Below are positions 37,280 to 47,003 of a DNA stretch of 60,455 nucleotides, piece after piece. The DNA is from Patescibacteria group bacterium. GTDB taxonomy: Bacteria > Patescibacteriota > Microgenomatia > JAMCZE01. How positions within the stretch are numbered: position 1 is the first letter of the stretch; each line of letters opens with the position of its first letter. The notes under the pieces were generated by a model, which worked only from the letters and a program-made list of their open reading frames with translations, was not told the origin of the DNA and did no database searches. Location: contig JAMCZE010000001.1 of NCBI GenBank assembly GCA_023485845.1, positions 1 to 60,455 on the forward strand, read 5' to 3'. The position numbers and the translations under genes were made by a program.

Positions 37280-38911
37280 TTATGTTTTGAGCACTTCTTT
37301 AATATCTTGCTTTTCTCCTTTGTTGTATGCTCCAAGAAGTTTTGATACTGATTCTGGTTCCCTTCCTATGAACATTAATGGCGATTGGTCACTAAGGACG
37401 GGGATTAGATCTACGCCGTCTTCGTCAAGGGTAACAATGACGTCATTTAGCCCCGCAGGTATAATTGGGGCTCGAACTCGCGCATTAAGATTTCTCGATA
37501 AAGTTTGTGCAAACCCACCTTCAGCTCCAGTGCTGCAGGAATCTAAAAGAAATGTCGGATGATCTACAAAAAATTTCTTCGCACTATTTGCTGTTGGGCC
37601 ACCAACCTGCTCCTGGGTAATTCTACCAGAGTTAAATGCTTCTCCGAGGGTAATCGCGTCACTGGTTCCATGTCCCATGGCTACAAGGAAAGAAATTTTG
37701 TGCTGTTCCCCATACTTTTTATCGCTTTTAATCAGGTTTTTAGTTAATTCATAAGGGCTGTCACATTCATACACTCGGAGATAATAGTGTCCTTCAAGAC
37801 CCTTCAACATCGATTCAAGACTATGTTCACCTTGGTAAAAAGCTCCGTTCCAATCTGCTTTGGCGGCCATAATAACACCGTAGGGTTTGTCATTTTTTTC
37901 ATACTCCTGAAATTGTTTAACCAACATTTCTGTTGGATAACGATAAAAATGACTAACACCAAACTTATCATGAAGGAATGAACATATTCCCGGTTTTTGA
38001 TTTTCGAGCTCTTCTATCTGACGAAAGTTTTCGCTAATCTTGGCACGATCCGTTTCCAACCAGCCTTCAGCCATTTCCAAACCCTCCTTTATTCCTTTAT
38101 CTCTTAGAAGCTCACCCGCGGTTTCCGCAATCAATGTTCTGACGGATCCTGCGTACGAAGCGTGTTTCATGTTGCCTAAATATCCTGCGGCTTCTGTCAA
38201 TTTCAAACCACCCTCTTTAACGCCATTTACTAAGAAATTCCTTAAAGTCGAGGCCGCTTTACCATTAACGGGATTTTCCTGGGTATCGTTATTGTTATAC
38301 AAATTATCTTCGATACTGACAATTTGATTTATGACCGAGATAGCTTCGTTAGGTTTATGAAGATACACCATGGGATCTGGGTCTTTGATGTATCCGGCGG
38401 GTGAGCGGAGAAAACCTTCAACAACATTCCAGTGGCGATAAACCATATCTACTGCCGATTGCCAATGGTTTTCGTCGCAGCCTTCTAGAATAACGTCCAG
38501 GCATCTTGCTTGAACTACCGTATCGGTTGAAGTGGCCAGCAAGTTCTCTAAAACATCTCCGTTTTCCGCTACAATGGACTGAATTTCATCTCGCACCGGA
38601 ACTAAGCTGTCGTCGGCAAGTGTCCACATCATTGTCAGGGTTTTACGTTGAAGGTCTGGATGTTCCAGGGCTTCCCTGAAAACCCCTCCGTTAACTCGGA
38701 GTTGCTGGGCAAATTCATTGGCTCTTTTTGACTCCTCTTTTCGGTCTGGATCGAAAGTAATTGTAGGATCAACCTCACGGTTTTGGTAGTCTGTATAGAC
38801 TTTACGTAGATTTTCGAATCTTTCGGAAATTGGGGGTGGAAGAATCTCCACTGCCGGAGCAATTGTCTCAATATCAACCGGAAACTCGCTTCCTCCTGAT
38901 TCGTTAGGCAT
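37280..38911 (-). CDS. Hypothetical protein with putative caspase-fold (His-Cys) C-terminal domain
   Basis: AMGHGT...LLDSCSTG...FAQTLS; TATACT 9 nt before the revised ATG. Confidence 0.55.
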   Translation of the reverse strand: MPNESGGSEFPVDIETIAPAVEILPPPISERFENLRKVYTDYQNREVDPTITFDPDRKEESKRANEFAQQLRVNGGVFREALEHPDLQRKTLTMMWTLADDSLVPVRDEIQSIVAENGDVLENLLATSTDTVVQARCLDVILEGCDENHWQSAVDMVYRHWNVVEGFLRSPAGYIKDPDPMVYLHKPNEAISVINQIVSIEDNLYNNNDTQENPVNGKAASTLRNFLVNGVKEGGLKLTEAAGYLGNMKHASYAGSVRTLIAETAGELLRDKGIKEGLEMAEGWLETDRAKISENFRQIEELENQKPGICSFLHDKFGVSHFYRYPTEMLVKQFQEYEKNDKPYGVIMAAKADWNGAFYQGEHSLESMLKGLEGHYYLRVYECDSPYELTKNLIKSDKKYGEQHKISFLVAMGHGTSDAITLGEAFNSGRITQEQVGGPTANSAKKFFVDHPTFLLDSCSTGAEGGFAQTLSRNLNARVRAPIIPAGLNDVIVTLDEDGVDLIPVLSDQSPLMFIGREPESVSKLLGAYNKGEKQDIKEVLKT

Positions 38912-39116
38912 ATATGGAAAAGTATATATCACTTCGACGGATTCTCAAATCAGCTAATAAATGTCCTACTTTGAATTCCTAAAGCCATATGGTGGCCGGT
39001 GGTTAGAAAAAAGGCAAAATGGAGTGTTTTACGCAAACTTTATAGAGATATAAATGCAGTTTTATATAGAAAAAATTATCTGTTATGTGGTGTTAGAAAT
39101 TGAGGTTCAGATTGTA

Positions 39117-41801
39117 TTAACGGCTATTGTCTTTATCCAAGTGGCAAAATTTATACTTCTTGCCTGATCCGCACCAACAGGGGTCGTTGCGGCCGGGCTT
39201 TTGTGAGGGACTAGTGGCTAGTGGCTGGTTACTATGAGAAGGAACGGGCGATTGGTTTTCCAATTGATTGGCGTTGGTCATCAACTGCTGCATTTGGGCC
39301 ACTTGTTCCGGAGTAGCAACAGCAATTTTGAAAATGCTGTGGACGATTTCAAAATCCATGGCGGCAATCAGTTTTTCAAACATGGCGAAGGCTTCCGATT
39401 TATATTCCACGAGGGGATCGCGTTGACCATAGCCGCGCAGCCCGATGCCTTCACGCAGATCATCAATGGCTTCCAGGTGTTCCATCCATAAGCCGTCAAT
39501 CACCCACAGCATTTCCTGCTGTTCAATGTAGCGGGCCATTTTGTCGCCGATCTGTTTTTCCCGTTGTTGGTAGACATCATGGGCTATTTTAACGAGAAAG
39601 TTGCTAGGTTCTAGGTTATGGGTTCTAGAAATTTGTTCGAGAATTTGTTTTTTTGAATTTTCATCAAATGGGACGATCGTAGTGAATTCCTCAACTAGTT
39701 TGCCTGGGTCTTCGGATCCTGGGGTCGTATACATGGCTGTTAGAACAGTAATCTCCTTGTCGATTTTTCCCAAGATTTCATTTCTTAATTCTGACCCCTG
39801 ACCACTAGCCACTAGAACCTTACTGCGCATGTCGTAAATAATTTCCCGCTGCTTGTTCATCACGTCGTCATATTCCAACAGGTGCTTGCGGGAGTCAAAA
39901 TTAAATTGTTCCACTTTCGATTGGGCTTGTTCGATGGCCCGGGTGACCATGCCATGTTCCAGCGGCTGGTCCTCGGGAATGTTAAAAAAGGTCATCAGTT
40001 TTGAAACTTGTTCACCGCCAAAGAGGCGCATAATGTCATCGTCTAACGCAACGAAGAACCGGCTGGAACCCGGGTCGCCTTGCCGGCCGGCGCGGCCCCG
40101 CAATTGGTTATCAATCCGGCGGGATTCATGCCGCTCGGTGCCAATAACATGCAAGCCGCCGGCGGCCACCACTTCGTCATGGTCGGACAGCCATTTTTTC
40201 CACTGCGGCGTTTCGGTGAGTGGCCGGCCGTCCTCTCCTTTGGGTGTGTCGCCGCCCAAAACAATGTCCACCCCGCGCCCCGCCATGTTGGTGGCCACCG
40301 TCACCGTGCCTTTTTTGCCGGCATTAGCTAAAATCATGGCTTCTTTTTCGTGCTGTTTGGCATTAAGCACCTGGTGGGGAATGTTCCTATGGTGCAAAAA
40401 TTGAGAAATAATTTCGTTTTTCTCAATTGAGGTGGTGCCGACCAAAACCGGCCGGCCTTTTTTATAATTTTCTTCAATGTCACGCACCACGGCGGCATAT
40501 TTGGCCCGTTGGGTTTTATAAACTTGGTCGGGATGGTCGGAGCGCACCAGTGGCCGGTGGGTGGGAATGACTACCACCGAGAGGTTATAAATTTTATGGA
40601 ACTCTTCCGACTCCGTCACCGCTGTCCCGGTCATGCCGGCCAGTTTTTCGTATTTGCGAAAGTAATTCTGCAGGGAAATTGTCGCCAGGGTTCGCGATTC
40701 CTGTTGAATGGTGACGTGCTCCTTGGCTTCCACGGCTTGGTGAATGCCTTCGCTCCAACGCCGGCCTGGCATCAGCCGGCCAGTGAACTCGTCCACGATT
40801 ATCACTTCACCTTCTTTGACAATATAGTCTTTTTCTCGTTGATAAAGTGTCCGGGCTTTGAGGGCCGCTTCAATGTGATGGACGGTGGCGAAATCCTTTT
40901 CATAGATATCTTTAAGGCCCAGCAGTTGTTCCACTTTGCCGACGCCGTGGTCGGTCAGATGGGCGGTGCGCAATTTTTCGTCAATAACAAAATCCAGCGT
41001 GGGGGTTAGTTTTTCCACCAATTGGGCGTATTCATAATATTTTTGCGTCGGCTGCGCGTCCGGGGCGGAAATGATATGTGGAGTGCGGGCTTCATCAATT
41101 AAAACCGAGTCCACCTCGTCAACGATGGCATAGTGGAATTCCCGTTGGACCACGTCGTTAAGGCTGCGGGCCATGTTGTCGCGCAAATAATCAAAGCCAA
41201 ATTCACTGTTAATGCCGTAGGTAATGTCGGCGCCATAAGCCTCTTTGCGGGAAATCGGCCGCAGATGGCGCAGACGCCAATCGGTGGCGGTTTCGTCAGT
41301 GAAGTCAGGATCAAAAAGAAAAGAAGCTTCGTGGACCATGGCCGCGGTGGACAAACCAAGAAAGTGATAAATGGCGCCCATCCAGCCGGCATCCCGTCGG
41401 GCCAAATAGTCATTGACGGTCACCAGGTGAACGCCGCGGCCGGTGAGAGCGTTAAGATAAAGGGCGGGAGAGGCGGATAGGGTTTTGCCTTCTCCGGTTT
41501 TTTGCTCGGCAATTTTTCCCTGGTGCAGCGCCACCCCGGCCAGAATTTGAACGTCAAAATGCCGTTCGTTGTTGACCCGAAAACTGGCTTCCCGAACAGC
41601 CGCAAAGGCCTCCGGCAGCAGATCATCGAGACTTTCGCCCCGTTCCAGCCGCAGTTTTAGCTCCGCTGTTTTTTTGGCAAAGTCCTTGTCTTTGAGTTTC
41701 TTGACCTTCGGTTCGAAGTTGTTGACGGCCTCCACCAACGGCCAAAGCCGCTTGACTTCTTTGTCATTAGAGTCTAAAAACTTAGTGAGGAAGTTCAACA
41801 T
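39117..41801 (-). CDS. secA: Preprotein translocase ATPase SecA
   Basis: KTGEGKT, IVDEVDS, ATNMAGRG.D, RIDNQLRGRAGRQG, C-terminal GRNDPCWCGSGKKYK.CH. Confidence 0.98.
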   Translation of the reverse strand: MLNFLTKFLDSNDKEVKRLWPLVEAVNNFEPKVKKLKDKDFAKKTAELKLRLERGESLDDLLPEAFAAVREASFRVNNERHFDVQILAGVALHQGKIAEQKTGEGKTLSASPALYLNALTGRGVHLVTVNDYLARRDAGWMGAIYHFLGLSTAAMVHEASFLFDPDFTDETATDWRLRHLRPISRKEAYGADITYGINSEFGFDYLRDNMARSLNDVVQREFHYAIVDEVDSVLIDEARTPHIISAPDAQPTQKYYEYAQLVEKLTPTLDFVIDEKLRTAHLTDHGVGKVEQLLGLKDIYEKDFATVHHIEAALKARTLYQREKDYIVKEGEVIIVDEFTGRLMPGRRWSEGIHQAVEAKEHVTIQQESRTLATISLQNYFRKYEKLAGMTGTAVTESEEFHKIYNLSVVVIPTHRPLVRSDHPDQVYKTQRAKYAAVVRDIEENYKKGRPVLVGTTSIEKNEIISQFLHHRNIPHQVLNAKQHEKEAMILANAGKKGTVTVATNMAGRGVDIVLGGDTPKGEDGRPLTETPQWKKWLSDHDEVVAAGGLHVIGTERHESRRIDNQLRGRAGRQGDPGSSRFFVALDDDIMRLFGGEQVSKLMTFFNIPEDQPLEHGMVTRAIEQAQSKVEQFNFDSRKHLLEYDDVMNKQREIIYDMRSKVLVASGQGSELRNEILGKIDKEITVLTAMYTTPGSEDPGKLVEEFTTIVPFDENSKKQILEQISRTHNLEPSNFLVKIAHDVYQQREKQIGDKMARYIEQQEMLWVIDGLWMEHLEAIDDLREGIGLRGYGQRDPLVEYKSEAFAMFEKLIAAMDFEIVHSIFKIAVATPEQVAQMQQLMTNANQLENQSPVPSHSNQPLATSPSQKPGRNDPCWCGSGKKYKFCHLDKDNSR

Positions 41802-41824
41802 AACCTGCCCATTTTAACAGGTTT

Positions 41825-42319
41825 ATGAGTAAGAAGGGAAATATCGGAAAACCTTCTCAGCCGGAGCTCCCTGGGTTGGTGTCACCGGGAGCTTTAAAGG
41901 ACAGAAGAACCGGTGTGCCAAAAAGAACTCGAGTATTGGCAATGTCAGTTCCGGATGTGACTCGCCATCTTGCCTATCTTAAGGAGCATGGCGACCGAGT
42001 TTTATCAAATGACATTAAAAAGTTTGAGATCCGCCCAGAAATTAAAAATCAGAATGCTAGGGAGATTGCGGAAGGGAGAAAATTTTCACCGACAGAATGG
42101 AATTCCTGGCGGACAACTGTCCGATTCAAAATTGATCTTATTAGACAAAGGACTGGCCAGCCAATTAGAGAGGGATCAGACGAAGAACAGGAAGTTTTTC
42201 AGGCAGTAGCTAAATTTAGAAGTCTCATCCCCGAAGACCGTCTCAGAATATTAGATAGCAATAAACTTCTCGCTCGCCATGTAATGATTGATCTTCGCAA
42301 ATATCGTCCTTCGGAATAG
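41825..42319 (+). CDS. Hypothetical basic orphan protein
   Basis: 164-aa ORF divergent from secA. Confidence 0.6.
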   Translation: MSKKGNIGKPSQPELPGLVSPGALKDRRTGVPKRTRVLAMSVPDVTRHLAYLKEHGDRVLSNDIKKFEIRPEIKNQNAREIAEGRKFSPTEWNSWRTTVRFKIDLIRQRTGQPIREGSDEEQEVFQAVAKFRSLIPEDRLRILDSNKLLARHVMIDLRKYRPSE

Positions 42320-42346
42320 GCTTGACACTGGAAGTATAATTTTGAT

Positions 42347-42715
42347 ATGGGAAGAGAAAAAATTGTTCGTCTACGTCAAGGGCAACGGATTATTGTCGAA
42401 GCAGCGCGTCGAAGACCTCGATCTGAGCCGCCACCCCTGAGGGATTTGGCAAGGTATGTTGAAACCCATGCCGATTTACTTCTCCGGGCCAGGGGCGGGC
42501 GGTATGCTGATAATCTTGATCTGGCGATGGATACTGGTGGTGTCCCGGAACAGCTAGTCAAAAATCTTCACAGAGCTAAAATTGGCTCAGAAAGGGCATT
42601 AAGAAGAGTAAGAAGAGTTCTAATTAGCTCCGGACAACAACCAGAGGTTGCAGATACTTTCTCGGAGTTTATTGTTTATGAGCACCTTGGGATGCCTCAG
42701 GCTGGTAAGAGATAG
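42347..42715 (+). CDS. Hypothetical Arg-rich orphan protein
   Basis: 122-aa ORF; TATAAT 6 nt before ATG. Confidence 0.6.
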   Translation: MGREKIVRLRQGQRIIVEAARRRPRSEPPPLRDLARYVETHADLLLRARGGRYADNLDLAMDTGGVPEQLVKNLHRAKIGSERALRRVRRVLISSGQQPEVADTFSEFIVYEHLGMPQAGKR

Positions 42716-43208
42716 AGCTTTTTAGACCTTCAAGATGATTGGTGATTATCAGGCCGTTTTTTGTCAGAAGTTTTTTGGGAATTTTGATAGTTTCCCGTCT
42801 ATTTCCGATATAGGCATCGGTGAGGATTAGGTCAAATTTCTGCTTGGTTGACCGGAGAAAATTGGTCGCGTCCGACTGGATAATTTCTAGATTGGGAATT
42901 TTGGCCAGGTTAAAGTACTTTTTTCCTAAAAAAATCATTACCGGGTCGATTTCCACACCGGTGATTTTGGCGGCGGGCCACTTTTGGGAAATGATTTTAG
43001 CAGCCGTTCCTCCACCTAAGCCAAGGATTAAGACATTCTTTGGAACAAAGGAAACTTTGGCCAGCGCCTTTTTCCAAAGCGGTCCCACATGGGCGTTTCC
43101 GGACTGCTCAAAACCGCCAGCCCACACTGACGGCCGGCCGAAAAACTGACGGAGTTTAATTTCGCCGTTAAATTTAGACTTAAAAATGATTTCCTGCCAA
43201 GGCCACAT
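42669..43208 (-). CDS. SAM-dependent methyltransferase, spermidine-synthase-like (short)
   Basis: VLILGLGGG, GVEIDP, DA..F, FDLILTDAY. Confidence 0.85.
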   Translation of the reverse strand: MWPWQEIIFKSKFNGEIKLRQFFGRPSVWAGGFEQSGNAHVGPLWKKALAKVSFVPKNVLILGLGGGTAAKIISQKWPAAKITGVEIDPVMIFLGKKYFNLAKIPNLEIIQSDATNFLRSTKQKFDLILTDAYIGNRRETIKIPKKLLTKNGLIITNHLEGLKSSISYQPEASQGAHKQ

Positions 43209-44160
43209 TGATGATTTTTTGCAAAAATTCAGGATAGGAATAGCCGGCGGCGGCTCCGGAGCGGATCACTCCCGAGTCTGGCGCCAGACCCGGGTTGGCG
43301 TTGACTTCCAGGATGTAAAGTCGGTTAGCGGGGGAAAGGCGCAGGTCCACCCGGCAATAGTTTTTGCACCCCGTGATCCGGGCGGCCGCCAGGCAGATTC
43401 TTTCTAGCTCTGATAAAATCTTCGGACTTAATTTTGCTGGACAGACACCGACGGTGTCTTTATAAGCAATCGTGTCTTCTTCCCATTTGGCAGCAAAGTT
43501 AACCATCTTGTATTTATTCTGAAACGATTTGCCAAAAATGATTTCGGAGACGGGCAAAACAGTTTTGTCAAGAATGGTGACATTTAATTCCCGGCCGTCA
43601 ATATATTCTTCCACCAGGGCCGGTTCTTGATAGGTTTTCACCAAAAAATCCACTTGGTCCAGGACATCGACCGCCGTTTTTAAAACCGAATGGCCGTTAA
43701 TGCCAATGCTGCCGTCTTTGGCCACCGGTTTAACCACCAAGGGAAAATTTAGTTTTTCCAGTTTGTCACCGGCGTTGGCCACTTGGAATTTTGGGGTGGG
43801 CAAGTTATTCTTTAGCAGCAATTTCTTAGTGGCGGCCTTGTCGGTGGTTAATTTCAGGGTCTTAGATCCAGAACCGGAAAATGGTTTGCTAATTTTTTCC
43901 AAGACCTGGATCACTTCATATTCTGTGTCTGGCAAATTGGCAATGCCCTCAGCCAGATTAAAAAAGAAATCAGTGGTTATTCGGGAAAGCTTCTTAAGCG
44001 TTTGCTGATTAACTTCAAAAAGCGAAACGCGGTGACCAAGGTTCGCCAATGCTTTGGTAACTGCCCCGGCGGTGGTCACCGTGTCCTCGTCAGCCAGAAT
44101 TTCTTCCGGGCGGCCAAACGGCAGGGCAGCGACGCGGTTAAACAGAACGGTGATGTTCAT
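43180..44160 (-). CDS. D-Ala-D-Ala ligase-like ATP-grasp protein, paralog 2 (start revised to MNITV)
   Basis: FNLAEG, DK..TK, VKP...DGSIGI, VEEYIDGRE, RVDLR, LEVNANP. Confidence 0.88.
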   Translation of the reverse strand: MNITVLFNRVAALPFGRPEEILADEDTVTTAGAVTKALANLGHRVSLFEVNQQTLKKLSRITTDFFFNLAEGIANLPDTEYEVIQVLEKISKPFSGSGSKTLKLTTDKAATKKLLLKNNLPTPKFQVANAGDKLEKLNFPLVVKPVAKDGSIGINGHSVLKTAVDVLDQVDFLVKTYQEPALVEEYIDGRELNVTILDKTVLPVSEIIFGKSFQNKYKMVNFAAKWEEDTIAYKDTVGVCPAKLSPKILSELERICLAAARITGCKNYCRVDLRLSPANRLYILEVNANPGLAPDSGVIRSGAAAGYSYPEFLQKIINVALAGNHF

Positions 44161-45157
44161 ACCGATCCACCGCCAATGAAGCAATCTCGCTGATAAATTG
44201 GCTGTAGTCTAACCCCATTGCCTTGGCCGAACGGGAGGCGCCCATGTCCGGTGACAAACAGGGATTGGCGTTAACTTCAAGAAAGTAGGGGGTGTGGTCA
44301 CGGGAGAGGCGAATGTCGATGCGGGCATAGTCCCGAGCACCGCAAACCAGATAGGCCTGAATGGCCAGCCGCTCAATTTTTTGGCGCAGTTTGGCGGAGA
44401 GTTTGGCCGGACAAACGCCGACGGTCTCCCGAAAGTTAGCGGAGTTTTCCACCCATTTGGCTTTAAAATCTACCACTTTCGGCTTGGCGTCATATTTATA
44501 GGAATCACCGAAGATAATTTCCGAAACGGGCAACACGGTGACATTTTTCCCATTGCCCATCACGGTGATGTTTAGCTCCCGGCCGCGGATATATTCTTCC
44601 ACCAGTGCCGGCTCGTGATATTGGGAAACGATTTTGTGGACCACCCGGCGCAGCTGTGTCAGATTTTCCACCACCGAGTTAGTGTCGATTCCCAAACTGC
44701 AATCTTCCGCCATGGGTTTGACGATCAGCGGATAATACAAATTTTTTGGCAGACTAGCCGGCGGAGCCTCAAAAAGAGCATAGGCGGGAGTGGGGATGCC
44801 GTTTTGTTCAAAAACACGTTTTGTCAGCGCCTTGTTGGTTGTCAAAAGCAGCGAGGAAGCATCGGCGCCGGTGTAGGGCAATTTTTTTCGGTCCAAAATC
44901 TCCGGAACTTTGTGTTCTGTTTTCGGGAGACTGCCGATGCCGTCACAAAGATTAAAATAGAGGTCGGCGTTTTTTTTGCCCAACTGGCCGATGGTTTTCA
45001 TTGATAACTCCAGGGTGTCGGCTTTATAGCCGCTAGTCTTTAAAGCCTTGGCAATGGTTTGAGCATCTTCCTTTGCCCCGTCCTCCACCATGATTGCTTT
45101 GTCATCGGCAAAAGGGAGTTTTTCCACCTCGTTATATAGGACGGTAATTTTTTTCAC
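44138..45157 (-). CDS. D-Ala-D-Ala ligase-like ATP-grasp protein, paralog 1
   Basis: FNLCDG, PYTGA, VKP..ED.SLGI, VEEYIRGRE, ARIDIR, LEVNANP. Confidence 0.88.
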   Translation of the reverse strand: MKKITVLYNEVEKLPFADDKAIMVEDGAKEDAQTIAKALKTSGYKADTLELSMKTIGQLGKKNADLYFNLCDGIGSLPKTEHKVPEILDRKKLPYTGADASSLLLTTNKALTKRVFEQNGIPTPAYALFEAPPASLPKNLYYPLIVKPMAEDCSLGIDTNSVVENLTQLRRVVHKIVSQYHEPALVEEYIRGRELNITVMGNGKNVTVLPVSEIIFGDSYKYDAKPKVVDFKAKWVENSANFRETVGVCPAKLSAKLRQKIERLAIQAYLVCGARDYARIDIRLSRDHTPYFLEVNANPCLSPDMGASRSAKAMGLDYSQFISEIASLAVDRYEHHRSV

Positions 45158-45161
45158 TAAT

Positions 45162-46511
45162 CTACCTTACCGGAGAGATTACGGTTTTGTCAATATATTT
45201 CTGCAGCACTTTGGGAATCGTGACACTGCCGTCTTTATTTTGATAGTTTTCCATGATGGCAATAATGGTTCGCGGCCCGGTTATTCCGGTGTCGTTAACA
45301 TTATGAACATACTTTTTTTGCCCGTCTTTGTCAATAAATCTAGTATTAAATCTTCTCGCTTGGAAATCCCGGGCATTGGTGTCGCTTCCCATCTCCACAA
45401 AGGTTTTTTGCACCGGCATCCAGACCTCAAAATCATATTTCCTGTTGGTGGCAAAATAACCGGCGTCTCCACTGCACATCAAAATAACATGATAGGGCAG
45501 CTCCAGTTTTTGCAAAAGCCATTCATTAATCGATAAGAGATATTCCATCATTTCGTTTGATTTTTCCGGAGTGGTGATGGCGTCCATCTCCAGTTTGTCA
45601 AATTGATGAACTCTCTTAATTCCGCGAACATCCTTACCCCATGATCCCACCTCTGATCGAAAGCACGAGGTGACGGCAAAAAATTTCTGCGGCAGGTTGG
45701 CAAGATCCAGGGTTTTATCCATATAGTAGGCAAATAGTGATGGTTCGGAAGAGCCGACCAAGAATAAATTTCTGTGTTCCTCGACATATTTATTTTCAAT
45801 TTGATAAACCTGGTCAGCGTCACCCGGGAAGTGGGATGTTCCATAAAGCACCCGGTCGCGAACCAGTAAGGGAACGATCATTGGTGTGAATCCTTCCTGC
45901 AAAAGTTTTTCTTTCAGCAGCTCAAAAACGGCATACTCCAGAAGAGCAGCTTCGTTTTTCAGATAATAGAACCGGCTGCCCGAAACAATGGCGCTTTGCT
46001 CCACGTCAATAATGTCTAACTGTTTTCCTAACTCGATGTGATCTTTGGCGGTAAAATCTAATTGTGGCATCCATTGCTTGGAAAAATCCTTCATTCCCAA
46101 TTGGTCTTTGCGAAGGTATTTATCTTTAGGAGTCCAAGCTTTAATCTCAATGTTATCGTTTTCGTCTCTCCCGATAGGAACATCACTGGCCAGCATGTTT
46201 GGCATCCAGTCCATGGCAGACTGCCAGTCTTTGGTAACGGCGGCCAGTTCTTTTTCCAAAACCTCCAGCCCATCTTTTAGTCTTTTCCCTTCCTCGATTT
46301 TTTCCGGTGTCCGGTCGGCGGCATTTTTCAGCTTGTCAGCCAGTTTATTCCGACCGGCGCGGATTTTCTCAATTTCTTTTTCCAGCTGTGTTTTGCGGGC
46401 GTCTAAAAGAAGGAGCTTGTCCACATCGGCCCTAGCTGGGTCAACATGACGGTTGGCAATGTTTTGTTTGATTTTCTCCGGATTTTCCCTAATGAATCTT
46501 ATGTCCAGCAT
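45162..46511 (-). CDS. serS: Serine--tRNA ligase
   Basis: MLDIRFIREN, SGSRF, CFRSEVGS.GKD.RG..RVHQF.K.E, DFQARR. Confidence 0.97.
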   Translation of the reverse strand: MLDIRFIRENPEKIKQNIANRHVDPARADVDKLLLLDARKTQLEKEIEKIRAGRNKLADKLKNAADRTPEKIEEGKRLKDGLEVLEKELAAVTKDWQSAMDWMPNMLASDVPIGRDENDNIEIKAWTPKDKYLRKDQLGMKDFSKQWMPQLDFTAKDHIELGKQLDIIDVEQSAIVSGSRFYYLKNEAALLEYAVFELLKEKLLQEGFTPMIVPLLVRDRVLYGTSHFPGDADQVYQIENKYVEEHRNLFLVGSSEPSLFAYYMDKTLDLANLPQKFFAVTSCFRSEVGSWGKDVRGIKRVHQFDKLEMDAITTPEKSNEMMEYLLSINEWLLQKLELPYHVILMCSGDAGYFATNRKYDFEVWMPVQKTFVEMGSDTNARDFQARRFNTRFIDKDGQKKYVHNVNDTGITGPRTIIAIMENYQNKDGSVTIPKVLQKYIDKTVISPVR

Positions 46512-46537
46512 GCTACTGTGAGTTTAACACAAAATAT

Positions 46538-46675
46538 CCTTCTTGTTGAGGACAGAACTTCGGAGTGTGAATTTTATTAGATAGCGGTCTCGGGGGAAAA
46601 CCGGCCGGACCCGCCGACATCAAAATAAACCATGTGAGAAAAGTTTATCACAGCCCAGTTTTGTTTGCAAGGGGG
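46538..46675 (+). ncRNA. Candidate long-hairpin RNA (6S-like architecture)
   Basis: Nested stems ccttcttgt/gcaaggggg, ggacagaact/agttttgttt, tgtga/tcaca, an AU-rich bubble and a GC-rich apical stem. Confidence 0.4.
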
Positions 46676-46679
46676 TTTC

Positions 46680-47003
46680 TTAGTGGACTAGACTCAAAAT
46701 GGTGAGAGTGAGAAGGACAAAAACAAACAAGGTAACCGTGCTTGAGGCGATAACTTTGAAAGCAGTCGGCAGGTCTTTTTTCTCCCAAAAAAGATAAAAG
46801 GGATAACCGAGAAACATTGCGGCACAAACAATGGCGGAGAAAACAAACAGGGTCAGGAAAAGCATCGGACCCAAGAAACTGGGCGTCGGCCCGAACCAGC
46901 GGTTGCCGTTGAGCATCACGGCGCCAACGGCGGCGCAGTAGGCAATCAGCCCAGTGGCCTGCGCCACTCCGATAATGACCGGTGATATTTTATTTTTTTT
47001 CAT
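46680..47003 (-). CDS. Small three-TM membrane protein (start revised to MKKNK)
   Basis: Three hydrophobic segments; overlaps the lysS 3' end. Confidence 0.75.
   Translation of the reverse strand: MKKNKISPVIIGVAQATGLIAYCAAVGAVMLNGNRWFGPTPSFLGPMLFLTLFVFSAIVCAAMFLGYPFYLFWEKKDLPTAFKVIASSTVTLFVFVLLTLTILSLVH

Noticed and set aside
38933-39116. AT-rich spacer with a ~30-codon ORF
   Set aside because: No convincing RBS, motif, repeat or fold.
46512-46680. T-box riboswitch upstream of serS
   Set aside because: No TGGNACC antiterminator bulge or terminator on the minus strand.
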